Origin: a virus
Length of the DNA stretch: 64,000 bases
IMG/VR virus record: IMGVR_UViG_3300025543_005580
Location: 32,001-96,000 of that record
Reading direction: 5' to 3' (one strand)
Position numbers and translations under genes: made by a program. The notes under the pieces were generated by a model, which did not search any database, was not told the DNA's origin, and worked only from the letters and a program-made list of their open reading frames with translations. This document shows, piece after piece, positions 9,509 through 19,607 of the stretch (the stretch's first letter is position 1; every line of letters begins with the position of its first letter).

Positions 9509-10159
9509 TTAATATCTTGGGGGTTCTGGTTTATCACAATCAAAAAAGAACATATGAAAATATCTAGAGTTATAAATGTTATCTCCAAAATATTCACTAG
9601 CAGCATGAATTGTACGAGCATCCCATACTGCTAATCTATTATATACATTACCAATTTTATCTATTAATTCTAATTTAGTTTTATCATAATAGTTACCATT
9701 CGGGAAAGTATCATTATATATTTCGCTTCCATTTTCCCAAGGTTCAAACCTTGTTTTTCCTGTTATTCTAGAACGATAAAAATTAGTACCTGATTCTGGT
9801 GGAGCATCTGGGGTTAAAAATACTACAGCGGCATATTGTTGGGTATCACAATGGTATACTAATGAATCTTGGGCATTACAAAACTGAAATACGCCATTGT
9901 AATTATAATCCCAGTTAGTTATTTCACGTTGTAATATTTTTTCAATTTTTTCTTTTGTACCTTCAACTATTAATTTTTCATGACTACGTTGTCCTTTATG
10001 CCATTGAGATGGTTCAAAATTAAAATTATTTATAGTAAAATCCCTAATACCATCAGGGTCATTATAAAAATTATCTACAGCTAATACTGTGATTTCATGT
10101 CCATTATTAATACCTGAACGGGTTAATTCGTGAAATTGTTTAAATTGTTCTGTCATCAT
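9509..10159 (-). CDS. 2OG-Fe(II) oxygenase-like protein (DUF6445-like)
   Basis: VDNFYNDPD, HCD, SGTNFY, NVYNRL..W....IH, R..H.FFF motifs. Confidence 0.8.
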   Translation of the reverse strand: MMTEQFKQFHELTRSGINNGHEITVLAVDNFYNDPDGIRDFTINNFNFEPSQWHKGQRSHEKLIVEGTKEKIEKILQREITNWDYNYNGVFQFCNAQDSLVYHCDTQQYAAVVFLTPDAPPESGTNFYRSRITGKTRFEPWENGSEIYNDTFPNGNYYDKTKLELIDKIGNVYNRLAVWDARTIHAASEYFGDNIYNSRYFHMFFFDCDKPEPPRY

Positions 10160-11400
10160 AGTTCTCTATATCCTGGTCTACGTTTATCACTTTTAATAGC
10201 ACTTAAATAAGCTCGAGTAACAGGGATATTATTTTCATACATAAATTCATCTGGGAAGTATGTATCTAGTACATATGATTGGAAATGGATTTTATCATTA
10301 TAAATAAAACCAGCATGTAATTTTTTAGTATAATACCAAAATGAATTTTCATTCCAATAACTTACGTGTGTAGGGTCTTGAAAAGCTCCTCTACCATCTG
10401 TAGAAGGGACTTCAATAAAAGCCCATGCACCATCTGCTAATACTCTATGCATTTCAGACATAGTAAATTGTTTATCAGGTAAATGTTCAATTACATGAGA
10501 TGCATTTATTACACCAATTGAATTATCTTCAAATGGCCATTTTTGCGTTAAATCCGCAGTAATATCTCCATTCGTAATATCCACCGACTCATATCCTTCA
10601 CGCGGGTATAAACCACCACCTATGTCAATTTTACGTAAACCTTTTAGGTCAGCATCTCGTTCAGCTAAACGTTGTTGCCATTCATACATCATAGCAACTG
10701 TTCCTTCTTGAATTTCTTGATTACGCTCTAACCATGTATTTTCTCCATAAATTCTATAAAAATAAAGTGTTTTAGGAATATATTTAAATAGAGTAATCAT
10801 GTATGTTCTCATCATTAATTCCTGATCATCCAAAATAGATAATTCTGGGTTATGACCTCCTACTTCTCTATAAATAGATGCTCTCCAAGAACGAACATGA
10901 TCAGGAGCAAACCAAATAAGAGATACACAATTTGCTGATGGTTCAAATGAATCCATAGAGATATAATGTTTACCTTTCCATTCAGCTTGTCTATAAGTCC
11001 AACCATATTCTTCTCCATAAGGAACAAAATCATCCTGTAGTTTAGCATTATCACTATATACAAAACCAATTTCAGGGTCTTCAAATGCTTTTGCTACTTC
11101 TGATAGACAATCAGGGGTAATAACATCATCATGATCTACTTCTACTAGAATATCACCAGTTGCAATATGGAATGCTTTGTTTTTTAGATACCCTACGTTT
11201 GTACTTAATGGGGTTTTAATATCATGGTGGATATTAACCCTAGGGTCATTAACTATTTCAGATGATAAATCATCTTTACGTAGACCTCCATTTAGATAAA
11301 GAAGCCATTCCCAATCTTGATATGTTTGGTCTTTTAATGAATCGTACAATTCATTTAAATATGTTCCCTTGTGGGTTGGTGTAACTACACTTAATTTCAT
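10156..11400 (-). CDS. GT2 glycosyltransferase fused to a SAM-dependent methyltransferase-like domain
   Basis: SVVTPT and VEVDHDD (DxD) motifs; C-terminal DIGGG, ASHVIEHL and DPTHVSYW. Confidence 0.85.
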   Translation of the reverse strand: MKLSVVTPTHKGTYLNELYDSLKDQTYQDWEWLLYLNGGLRKDDLSSEIVNDPRVNIHHDIKTPLSTNVGYLKNKAFHIATGDILVEVDHDDVITPDCLSEVAKAFEDPEIGFVYSDNAKLQDDFVPYGEEYGWTYRQAEWKGKHYISMDSFEPSANCVSLIWFAPDHVRSWRASIYREVGGHNPELSILDDQELMMRTYMITLFKYIPKTLYFYRIYGENTWLERNQEIQEGTVAMMYEWQQRLAERDADLKGLRKIDIGGGLYPREGYESVDITNGDITADLTQKWPFEDNSIGVINASHVIEHLPDKQFTMSEMHRVLADGAWAFIEVPSTDGRGAFQDPTHVSYWNENSFWYYTKKLHAGFIYNDKIHFQSYVLDTYFPDEFMYENNIPVTRAYLSAIKSDKRRPGYREL

Positions 11401-11423
11401 AAAACTTATTTAATTTAAAACTT

Positions 11424-11452
11424 AATATAATAACAAATTATTACATATCCAA
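11424..11452 (-). promoter_or_regulatory. Sigma70-like promoter (TTGGAT-N17-TATATT) for the modification cluster
   Basis: Same architecture recurs at 52727-52755. Confidence 0.55.
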
Positions 11453-11453
11453 G

Positions 11454-14400
11454 TTAGTTTATTTTTTTAGCAATAAGGTGTGCACTTTTTATATAATGTT
11501 GGTTTGTTGCAGAAGCAAATGTATACATAGCTATTATATCACCATTATTAAGGTAAAAACAACCATATACTTTAGCAGCACATTGGTGACTAGTAGTTGA
11601 ACCTGTTACTTTAGTTCTACCTGAGGATAAATAGTTGTTTGTATTGGTTGTTTTAACTAATTTAACAATAGTAGCTCCTAAATCTTGAGATCCATTGTTT
11701 TCTTCAACATTTACAATACCTTCTATATAATACATTCCGGTAACACCAATTTGTAAACCACCATATGTTTGACCACCTACAACTACTGGGGTTACATTAC
11801 CATAAGGTAATGATATTATATTCATTGGTGCTGTTACTGCTGTAGCATCTGAGGTTCCTATAGTAACATTTAATCCTTGTCCCCATATACCATCACCACC
11901 TTCAGATAAACCACTATATCCTGAAGGACCTGTAGGACCATTTGAACCTGTATATCCTGTATATCCTTGGGCTCCTCTAGAACCTTGAGGTCCAGGATTA
12001 TTTGTACCTTGATATCCTTGAGCACCTTGAGAACCTGTTGGATTACTACCTTGATATCCTTGAACACCTTGAGAACCTTGGGGACCTCTACCTCCCTGTG
12101 CACCACTAGGTGCCCCTGGGTCTCCTGTAGGTCCTTGGGTACCTTGAGCACCTCTTGGATTTGGACCTGCTACTCCTTGATAACCTTGACTACCACGACC
12201 ACCTTGACCACCTTGAGAACCTGTACCACCTTGTGGACCGCGGTTTGCTCCTTGATAACCCTGAACACCTGGATTACCATTAGGAGTAGGACCAGATTGA
12301 CCTTGACCACCTCTACCACCTTGAGGACCTTGATAACCCTGAAATCCTCTAGTAGTATTTGCTGTACCTTGACTACCTTGATCACCTTGAGGACCTCTAT
12401 ATCCTGTTGGTTGATTACCTTGATATCCTTGAGGTCCTTGAGTTCCTTGAGAACCATTTGGCCCTCCATGTCCTTGATACCCTGTACTAACTCCTTGGGT
12501 ACCTTGAGGTCCAGTTGGTCCTATATATCCTGTTGGTTGATTACCTTGATATCCTTGAGGTCCTTGAGGACCTCTTGGTGTTGGTGATCCTTGAGTACCT
12601 TGAGGTCCTTTAACTCCACTTTGGGGTCCTTGATAACCTTGAGGTCCTATATATCCTGTTGGTTGATTACCTTGATATCCTTGAGGTCCTTGAGGACCTC
12701 TACCTGTACCAGGACCTGTGTATCCTTGAGGTCCTTGGGGACCACCTTGATAACCCTGAGGTCCTTGATAACCTCTATATCCTGTTGGTTGATTGCCTTG
12801 GTAACCCTGAGGTCCTTGAGGACCTCTACCTGTACCTGGTCCTGTATATCCTTGTGGTCCTTGAGGACCACCTTGATAACCTTGAGGTCCTTGATATCCT
12901 TGGTATCCAGTTGGTTGATTACCTTGATATCCTTGAGGTCCTTGAGGACCTCTACCTGTACCAGGACCTGTGTATCCTTGAGGTCCTTGGGGACCACCTT
13001 GATAACCCTGAGGTCCTTGATATCCTTGGGCTCCTGTAGGTTGATTACCTTGATAACCTTGAGGTCCTCTATATCCTTGATAACCTTGAGACCCACCTCC
13101 ACCTTGATCACCTTGTGGTCCTCCTTGGTAACCTTGAGAACCACCAAATCCTGTTCTACCACCTAATCCTGTTGGTGATGTACCTTGATATCCTTGAGGT
13201 CCTTGCGTTCCTCTACCACCTTGACCACCTTGTGGTCCTGTATTACCACCTTGATAACCTTGTGAACCCTGATTTCCTTGTGAACCTCTAGGTTCTGGTC
13301 CTCTAATACCTTGGTAACCTTGTGATCCCTGACCACCTCGTCCTCCTTGAGGTCCTCGATAACCATTAACACTACCTTGATAACCCTGAGGTCCTTGGTA
13401 ACCTAAATATCCTTGTAAGCCCTGGTAACCTTGGGCACCACCTCCACCTTGAGTACCAACAGTAGTATTTTGTCTACCTACACTATCAAATAACTCATTT
13501 GGATCAATCTGCCAAGTTGATGATCCTGGTTTTTGCCAGTATACTCGTAAACCATCTCCACCACCATATTCTTGCATTCTAGCTTTAAAGTTGTAAGCTA
13601 CACCTGCTGTTAACGAAATGGTACCTGTTGTAGTACCAATAGGAGGTGTACCTCTACCGCCGTAGAAGCCACATACAAACGTATTATTAATGTATAAATC
13701 ACCGGAATCATCCGATTCACATGAGAATGTATATGTACCTGTTTCTGTTGGTACAAATGTACCAAATACTACAAATGAGTAATAGTCACCTGAGTTTGGA
13801 ACAGGGACACCTGCATTTACGAGTGTGGTATAGTTTAAAAAGTCAATACCAACAGTAGCATCAATTTGACCTGAACCAACCAATGATGTGGCTGCTTGGG
13901 TTGTATTTAATAAAATATCAAATTGGGGTGAATTTAATGGGTAATTAGTAAATCCGTTATTAATATAATCTGCTGAGTTACCATTACCATAGTGGGTAGA
14001 AAATACTTCATATGATAATATACCTACATCTTTTTTAATACCTTGATATCCTTGAGGCCCTTGATAACCTTGTGAACCACCAACACCATTTATACCTATA
14101 ATTCCTTCATAACCTTGAACTCCTTGACTACCTTGAGCACCACCTGCACCTGGAGAAGGGGTTGCCCCTGTATTTCCTCCTTGTCCTGGGTTGCCACCTA
14201 AACCGGCACGTCCTAAATTTCCTGTTCTACCTCCAAAACCTTGAATTCCTTGACTACCTTGACCACCTTGAGATCCATTAGGACCTGAGTATCCAGAATG
14301 ACCAAAAAGACTATCTGTTTTTCGAAGTGTCTTAGATACAGGGTCTACTGTAAGATATGTTTCTATGCTAGGATGTGTTGTTATAGTTTGGATATCAGCA

Positions 14401-14489
14401 TATGATCCTGATAGTATAGCGTTTTCCACAATTGATTGTGTAGTAGAACCACTAACATATATCTTATTTCCAGTTATTTCTAAACCCAT
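11454..14489 (-). CDS. Gly-X-Y fibre protein, paralogue C, with a PA14-like insert and a C1q/BclA-like C-terminal domain
   Basis: MGLEITGN start; GxQ/GYQ triplets; TGTYTFSCESDDSGDLYIN...QEYGGGD insert; C-terminal TGMYYI...LNNGDII. Confidence 0.8.
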   Translation of the reverse strand: MGLEITGNKIYVSGSTTQSIVENAILSGSYADIQTITTHPSIETYLTVDPVSKTLRKTDSLFGHSGYSGPNGSQGGQGSQGIQGFGGRTGNLGRAGLGGNPGQGGNTGATPSPGAGGAQGSQGVQGYEGIIGINGVGGSQGYQGPQGYQGIKKDVGILSYEVFSTHYGNGNSADYINNGFTNYPLNSPQFDILLNTTQAATSLVGSGQIDATVGIDFLNYTTLVNAGVPVPNSGDYYSFVVFGTFVPTETGTYTFSCESDDSGDLYINNTFVCGFYGGRGTPPIGTTTGTISLTAGVAYNFKARMQEYGGGDGLRVYWQKPGSSTWQIDPNELFDSVGRQNTTVGTQGGGGAQGYQGLQGYLGYQGPQGYQGSVNGYRGPQGGRGGQGSQGYQGIRGPEPRGSQGNQGSQGYQGGNTGPQGGQGGRGTQGPQGYQGTSPTGLGGRTGFGGSQGYQGGPQGDQGGGGSQGYQGYRGPQGYQGNQPTGAQGYQGPQGYQGGPQGPQGYTGPGTGRGPQGPQGYQGNQPTGYQGYQGPQGYQGGPQGPQGYTGPGTGRGPQGPQGYQGNQPTGYRGYQGPQGYQGGPQGPQGYTGPGTGRGPQGPQGYQGNQPTGYIGPQGYQGPQSGVKGPQGTQGSPTPRGPQGPQGYQGNQPTGYIGPTGPQGTQGVSTGYQGHGGPNGSQGTQGPQGYQGNQPTGYRGPQGDQGSQGTANTTRGFQGYQGPQGGRGGQGQSGPTPNGNPGVQGYQGANRGPQGGTGSQGGQGGRGSQGYQGVAGPNPRGAQGTQGPTGDPGAPSGAQGGRGPQGSQGVQGYQGSNPTGSQGAQGYQGTNNPGPQGSRGAQGYTGYTGSNGPTGPSGYSGLSEGGDGIWGQGLNVTIGTSDATAVTAPMNIISLPYGNVTPVVVGGQTYGGLQIGVTGMYYIEGIVNVEENNGSQDLGATIVKLVKTTNTNNYLSSGRTKVTGSTTSHQCAAKVYGCFYLNNGDIIAMYTFASATNQHYIKSAHLIAKKIN
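12406..13160. repeat. 126-bp (42-aa) tandem repeat
   Basis: Anchors at 12406, 12532, 12658, 12784, 12910 and 13036. Confidence 0.9.
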
Positions 14490-14502
14490 TATATTATTTT
14501 AT

Positions 14503-14511
14503 TATAAATAT
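14503..14511 (-). promoter_or_regulatory. Putative late promoter (fibre C)
   Basis: Conserved intergenic motif. Confidence 0.7.
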
Positions 14512-14512
14512 T

Positions 14513-17026
14513 TTAAATTGAAATGATGTTTATTGTAAGATAGTTCCATATTGATTGTAATCCTGCAGATGTTGTAGTATTAACTACTGCTACTTTAGCA
14601 GATAGTAATGCCCCTGAGTTATTAAAATCATACACCCCAGCCATACTAAATGTAGTAACGTGAGCGTTGCTACTAGCTGTATATCCTCCTGTACCTGATA
14701 ATGGTCCATTACTACTATCATATAAATAACAATATAGTTTATCGTTACTAAATTGATCATATATAGTAAAAGATGTTTGAATATAATATACTCCAGGATT
14801 TAATGATATTTGATTAGCATCCCTTCCACTTACAATTCCTGTAAATCCATTAGATGAATATAGAGTAAGTGATGGACTATCAGGCATTCCAGGATCAGGT
14901 AATTCTGGGTCTTTCCATATAGGTGCACCATCTGCACAAATCACACCCCATTCACTACCTCCATTATTAGCAGTTGTATCTGCTCCTCCTGGTCCTGTTG
15001 GTCCTGCACTACCACCAGCTCCTGTAGGACCTCCATATCCTTGTACTCCTTGAGGTCCAGTTGAACTTGTGCCTTGAGGACCTATAATACCTTGTGGACC
15101 TTGAGAACCCTGACCTCCTCTAGCATATCCTGTATAACCAGTAGGACCTCCATACCCTTGTGGACCCCTTGGTGCTTGAGATCCTTGAGATCCTTGTGAA
15201 CCTACATATCCATTATATCCTTGAGATCCTTGTGAACCTGCTCTATTTACACCTTGTACACCATTATACCCTTGTGGACCTTGTGGTCCTAAAGGAGAAA
15301 CAGGTCCTTGATAACCTTGAGGACCTTTATATCCTATAGCACCTTGAGCACCTTGAGGTCCTTGAGAGCCGGCTTTATTTACACCTTGGTAACCTTGAGG
15401 ACCTCTATATCCTGTATAACCATTATATCCTTGAGGTCCTCTACTACCTGTATATCCTTGAGGTCCTGTATATCCTTGAGGTCCTGTTAAACCTTGACCA
15501 CCTGCTATACCAGTATATCCTGTTCTACCTAAAGGACCTTGGGTACCTTGAGAACCCCTAAGACCTGTAGGGCCTTTAAATCCTTGACTACCTTGGGAAC
15601 CTCTACCACCTTGAGCACCTTGACCACCTGCTATACCAGTATAACCAGTATAACCACCTGGACCTTGGGTACCTTGGTATCCTCTACCACCTTGAGATCC
15701 ATAATGTCCTTGTGGACCTGGGTTACCGGCACCACCTTCAAGTCCGGTACCACCTGCTATACCAGTGTATCCTGTATAACCTCCAGGACCTTGAGTACCT
15801 TGAGGACCTCTATATCCCGTGTGACCTACTATACCAGTATAACCAGTATAACCACCTGGTCCTGTTAAACCTTGACCACCTGCTATACCAGTGTATCCTG
15901 TATAACCTCCAGGACCTTGAGTACCTTGAGGACCTCTATATCCCGTGTGACCTACTATACCTGTATTTCCTGTTCTACCTCCTGGTCCTGTTAAACCTTG
16001 ACCACCTGCTATACCAGTATAACCAGTATAACCACCTGGACCTTGGGTACCTTGAGGACCTCTATATCCCGTGTGACCTACTATACCTGTATTTCCTGTT
16101 CTACCTCCTGGTCCTGTTAAACCTTGACCACCTGCTATACCAGTGTATCCTGTAGGTCCTCCAATTCCTGTAAGACCTTGTGGACCTTGATAACCTTGAG
16201 GTCCTACATATCCTATAGATCCTTGACCACCACGACCACCTTGACCACCACGACCACCTTGAGCTCCTGTAAATCCGGTTGCATTTATATATCCTTGAGG
16301 ACCTTGATATCCTTGAGATCCTTGGGTACCTACAAATCCAGTTCTACCTGTATAACCAGTATATCCTTGTGGACCCTGATTACCTTGAGTACCTACTCTA
16401 CCTACATATCCATTATATCCTTGGGGACCCTGGTTACCTTGGGTACCTATAGGTCCAACATATCCTGTTCTACCTCCAGGTCCACCTGTACCGTTTATTC
16501 CAATTATACCATTAGCGCCTTGAGGTCCATAAAAACCTGAAAGTCCTTGGTTACCTGGGGCTCCTATTATACCTGTATATCCTAAGTTACCTGTTCTACC
16601 ATTAACACCTTGACCACCTTGTGGTCCTTGTATACCTAATATTCCCTTAGGACCAACATATCCAGTAGGTCCTTGAGCACCTTGAGGTCCTTGATTACCT
16701 CCACCACCTTGATTACCCCTACCACCTTGAGTACCTCTACCACCTTGACCACCTTGAGGACCTCCAGTACCAGTAGGACCAGTATATCCAGTTCTACCTT
16801 GATTACCTTGTGAACCTTGACTACCACGTCCTCCTGTGTGTCCTGGTGTTTTAGCACGTCTATATAATACTCCATTAGTATCTACACCAATGTAATTACC
16901 TGTGGATGGATTTGAAGATAATACATCAACAACGGGAACATTTCCATCAAAAATCACATTTTCAATGTGAACTTCTGTATCAGTTCCTGTTGCTATTATC
17001 GTATTATTTGTTATTTGTAATCCCAT
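14513..17026 (-). CDS. Gly-X-Y fibre protein, paralogue B
   Basis: MGLQITNN start; long uninterrupted triplet region; C-terminal beta domain with PGVYYI. Confidence 0.8.
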   Translation of the reverse strand: MGLQITNNTIIATGTDTEVHIENVIFDGNVPVVDVLSSNPSTGNYIGVDTNGVLYRRAKTPGHTGGRGSQGSQGNQGRTGYTGPTGTGGPQGGQGGRGTQGGRGNQGGGGNQGPQGAQGPTGYVGPKGILGIQGPQGGQGVNGRTGNLGYTGIIGAPGNQGLSGFYGPQGANGIIGINGTGGPGGRTGYVGPIGTQGNQGPQGYNGYVGRVGTQGNQGPQGYTGYTGRTGFVGTQGSQGYQGPQGYINATGFTGAQGGRGGQGGRGGQGSIGYVGPQGYQGPQGLTGIGGPTGYTGIAGGQGLTGPGGRTGNTGIVGHTGYRGPQGTQGPGGYTGYTGIAGGQGLTGPGGRTGNTGIVGHTGYRGPQGTQGPGGYTGYTGIAGGQGLTGPGGYTGYTGIVGHTGYRGPQGTQGPGGYTGYTGIAGGTGLEGGAGNPGPQGHYGSQGGRGYQGTQGPGGYTGYTGIAGGQGAQGGRGSQGSQGFKGPTGLRGSQGTQGPLGRTGYTGIAGGQGLTGPQGYTGPQGYTGSRGPQGYNGYTGYRGPQGYQGVNKAGSQGPQGAQGAIGYKGPQGYQGPVSPLGPQGPQGYNGVQGVNRAGSQGSQGYNGYVGSQGSQGSQAPRGPQGYGGPTGYTGYARGGQGSQGPQGIIGPQGTSSTGPQGVQGYGGPTGAGGSAGPTGPGGADTTANNGGSEWGVICADGAPIWKDPELPDPGMPDSPSLTLYSSNGFTGIVSGRDANQISLNPGVYYIQTSFTIYDQFSNDKLYCYLYDSSNGPLSGTGGYTASSNAHVTTFSMAGVYDFNNSGALLSAKVAVVNTTTSAGLQSIWNYLTINIISI
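15498..16150. repeat. 126-bp (42-aa) tandem repeat
   Basis: CCACCTGCTATACCAGT at 15498, 15624, 15750, 15876, 16002 and 16128. Confidence 0.9.
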
Positions 17027-17030
17027 TATA

Positions 17031-17039
17031 TATAAATAT
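17031..17039 (-). promoter_or_regulatory. Putative late promoter (fibre B)
   Basis: Conserved motif 4 nt from the ATG. Confidence 0.7.
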
Positions 17040-19598
17040 TTAAGACAATTTTGTTATCATTAAGCAAGATGATCCTTGTTCTGGGGATTGGCTAAAATTC
17101 ATTAGACCTCCTGTTAAGTTGTAAACTCTAGGATACCTGGTTGATATAGATCCAAAAGTATAAGTCATAGCTATTGTTAATCCTGTTACTATTAAACCTG
17201 CAGTAGCATAGTTAGATACATTTTCAAAGGTTGCTAATTCAGCCCCACCATTTCCAGGAATTATTGATTGTTGATCGTTAAAATCAATCATTACAGTTTC
17301 TGATGTTGTACCTACATTAAGTCCTCCTTGTATTGGTTGGTTGCAACTAAATATAACACTATATTCTATATAATAAGTACCTGCATTGAATTGAATATTA
17401 TTTGCATTTACTGTTATACCGGCAATACTACCAATAGGAGAACCACAACTCAAAATAGACATTGTATTATTAGCTATTCCATTTTCACTTAATGGGACTA
17501 TAACTTTAGAACCACCATTTGGATCACCTAAACCAGGTGATCCTGTAGGTCCAGTACCTGAACCAGAACTACCTTGACCACCTTGAGAACCTCTTCTACC
17601 ATTAGGCCCATCTTCTCCATTAACTCCTGTAGGTCCTTGTGATCCTCTATATCCAGAATAACCTGTATTTGCTGCTGTTCCTTGGGGACCTCTACCACCT
17701 GGTCCTCCTGTATATCCTCCTGGTCCTCCAAATCCAGTATAACCAACTCCACCAGTACCACCTTGTGGACCTCTATATCCTGTATTTGCTGTTGAACCAA
17801 CTTGACCTTGTGGTCCTTGATAACCACTACTACCTCCTCTTGTAACACCGGCAAATCCAGTAAGACCTTGACCACCTTGATTTCCTCTATGTCCTTGATA
17901 ACCTGTATATGAAGTAGAACCTGTAGGTCCAGTATATCCTGCTAATCCACCACCTCCTTGTGGTCCTCTATATCCTTGAGAACCATTAATACCATTAAGA
18001 CCTTTTGGTCCATTATTACCTTGAGGACCTTGAGGTCCTGGGCCTGCTCCTTGAGGACCTCTAGGTCCAGTAGGTGGGGCATATGAACCATATCCTTGTG
18101 GTCCTTGATTACCTTGACCACCAACAATACCATTATATCCTTGTGGTCCTTGATTACCTTGAGGTCCAGGACCTGATCCTTGAGGACCTCTTCCACCAGT
18201 AGCGGCTAGGAAGGCTGTATATCCTTGAAGACCGGGTTGGCCTTGAGGTCCAGTGGCTCCTTGATTACCTTGACCACCTTGAGGACCTTGAGGTCCTGTA
18301 GTACCACTTTGAGCACCTCGAGCTCCTGGGGCTGCTGTTCGACCAGTATATCCTTGAGAACCACGTCCACCTTGGCCGCCTTGAGTACCTCTACCACCTT
18401 GACCACCTTGAGGACCTTGAGGTCCTGTTGTTGAGCTTTGAGCACCTCGAGCTCCTGGGGCTGCTGTTAGACCAGTATATCCTTGGGAACCACGTCCACC
18501 TTGGCCGCCTTGAGTACCTCTACCACCTTGACCACCTTGAGGACCTTGAGGTCCTGTAGTACCACTTTGAGCACCTCGAGCTCCTGGGGCTGCTGTTCGA
18601 CCAGTATATCCTTGAGAACCACGTCCACCTTGGCCGCCTTGAGTACCTCTACCACCTTGACCACCTTGAGGACCTTGAGGTCCTGTTGTTGAGCTTTGAG
18701 CACCTCTACCACCTTGACCACCCTGAGGGCCTCTATACCCAGATATACCCCTAGGTCCTGTACCTCCTTGATTTCCTATATATCCTTGAACACCTTGGTA
18801 TCCTTGAGGGCCTGTAGGACCTGAACCACCTTGTGGACCTCTAGGTCCATTAAATCCAGTGTATCCTCCTAATCCAGTAGGACCTTGTCCCCCTTGATTA
18901 CCTCTACCTCCAGTAGGTCCAGTATAACCTGTAGGACCATTTACTGTACTTTGGGTACCTTGAGAACCTTGAGGTCCTCCAAATCCTGTTATACCGTTAT
19001 TACCTTGAGGACCTTGACCACCTTGATTACCACGTCCACCTTGACCACCTTGAGAACCTTGTCCACCTTGTACACCTCTTAAACCTGTATTTCCTCCAGC
19101 TCCTCCTGAAGCACCCGGAGTACCTTGTTGTCCAACAGGTCCTTGTGAACCTCTACCTCCTTGTGGACCTCTATATCCTGTAAATCCTTGATTTCCTTGT
19201 GTACCTTGACTACCACGTCCTCCAGTAGGTCCAGTGTAACCACCTCTACCTCCAGGACCTGGGGTACCTTGATACCCAGGTACTCCTTGATATCCTGTAA
19301 CACCTTGATTACCTTGTGATCCTTGGTTTCCTTGAGCACCTTGACTTCCACCATTACCTGTACGGCCTGTATTTCCTGTATATCCTTGGGGTCCTTGAGG
19401 TCCTTGTGAACCCGCACTTCTTACAGTATCATATACTCTAGCTCCGGAAGTTGTGAAGGTTACAAAATCACCATCATTAGAATGAGTTTGCAGGTTTAGG
19501 ACGACAGGGTTCATTGACCCTGTCATCACTACTGTCCTCATATCTATATCATTAGAACCTGTTGGAAAGATTCTATTGCCTGTTATTTCTAAACCCAT
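17040..19598 (-). CDS. Gly-X-Y fibre protein, paralogue A
   Basis: MGLEITGN start; triplet region; C-terminal beta domain with AGTYYI. Confidence 0.8.
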   Translation of the reverse strand: MGLEITGNRIFPTGSNDIDMRTVVMTGSMNPVVLNLQTHSNDGDFVTFTTSGARVYDTVRSAGSQGPQGPQGYTGNTGRTGNGGSQGAQGNQGSQGNQGVTGYQGVPGYQGTPGPGGRGGYTGPTGGRGSQGTQGNQGFTGYRGPQGGRGSQGPVGQQGTPGASGGAGGNTGLRGVQGGQGSQGGQGGRGNQGGQGPQGNNGITGFGGPQGSQGTQSTVNGPTGYTGPTGGRGNQGGQGPTGLGGYTGFNGPRGPQGGSGPTGPQGYQGVQGYIGNQGGTGPRGISGYRGPQGGQGGRGAQSSTTGPQGPQGGQGGRGTQGGQGGRGSQGYTGRTAAPGARGAQSGTTGPQGPQGGQGGRGTQGGQGGRGSQGYTGLTAAPGARGAQSSTTGPQGPQGGQGGRGTQGGQGGRGSQGYTGRTAAPGARGAQSGTTGPQGPQGGQGNQGATGPQGQPGLQGYTAFLAATGGRGPQGSGPGPQGNQGPQGYNGIVGGQGNQGPQGYGSYAPPTGPRGPQGAGPGPQGPQGNNGPKGLNGINGSQGYRGPQGGGGLAGYTGPTGSTSYTGYQGHRGNQGGQGLTGFAGVTRGGSSGYQGPQGQVGSTANTGYRGPQGGTGGVGYTGFGGPGGYTGGPGGRGPQGTAANTGYSGYRGSQGPTGVNGEDGPNGRRGSQGGQGSSGSGTGPTGSPGLGDPNGGSKVIVPLSENGIANNTMSILSCGSPIGSIAGITVNANNIQFNAGTYYIEYSVIFSCNQPIQGGLNVGTTSETVMIDFNDQQSIIPGNGGAELATFENVSNYATAGLIVTGLTIAMTYTFGSISTRYPRVYNLTGGLMNFSQSPEQGSSCLMITKLS
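18260..18720. repeat. 129-bp (43-aa) tandem repeat
   Basis: GAGCACCTC anchors at 18311, 18440, 18569 and 18698. Confidence 0.9.
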
Positions 19599-19607
19599 AT
19601 TCGTTTA

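Noticed and set aside
11870-19417. Many short alternative-frame ORFs (VLKDLKDIK-type and LRSL-type)
   Set aside because: They are off-frame readings of the Gly-X-Y repeats.
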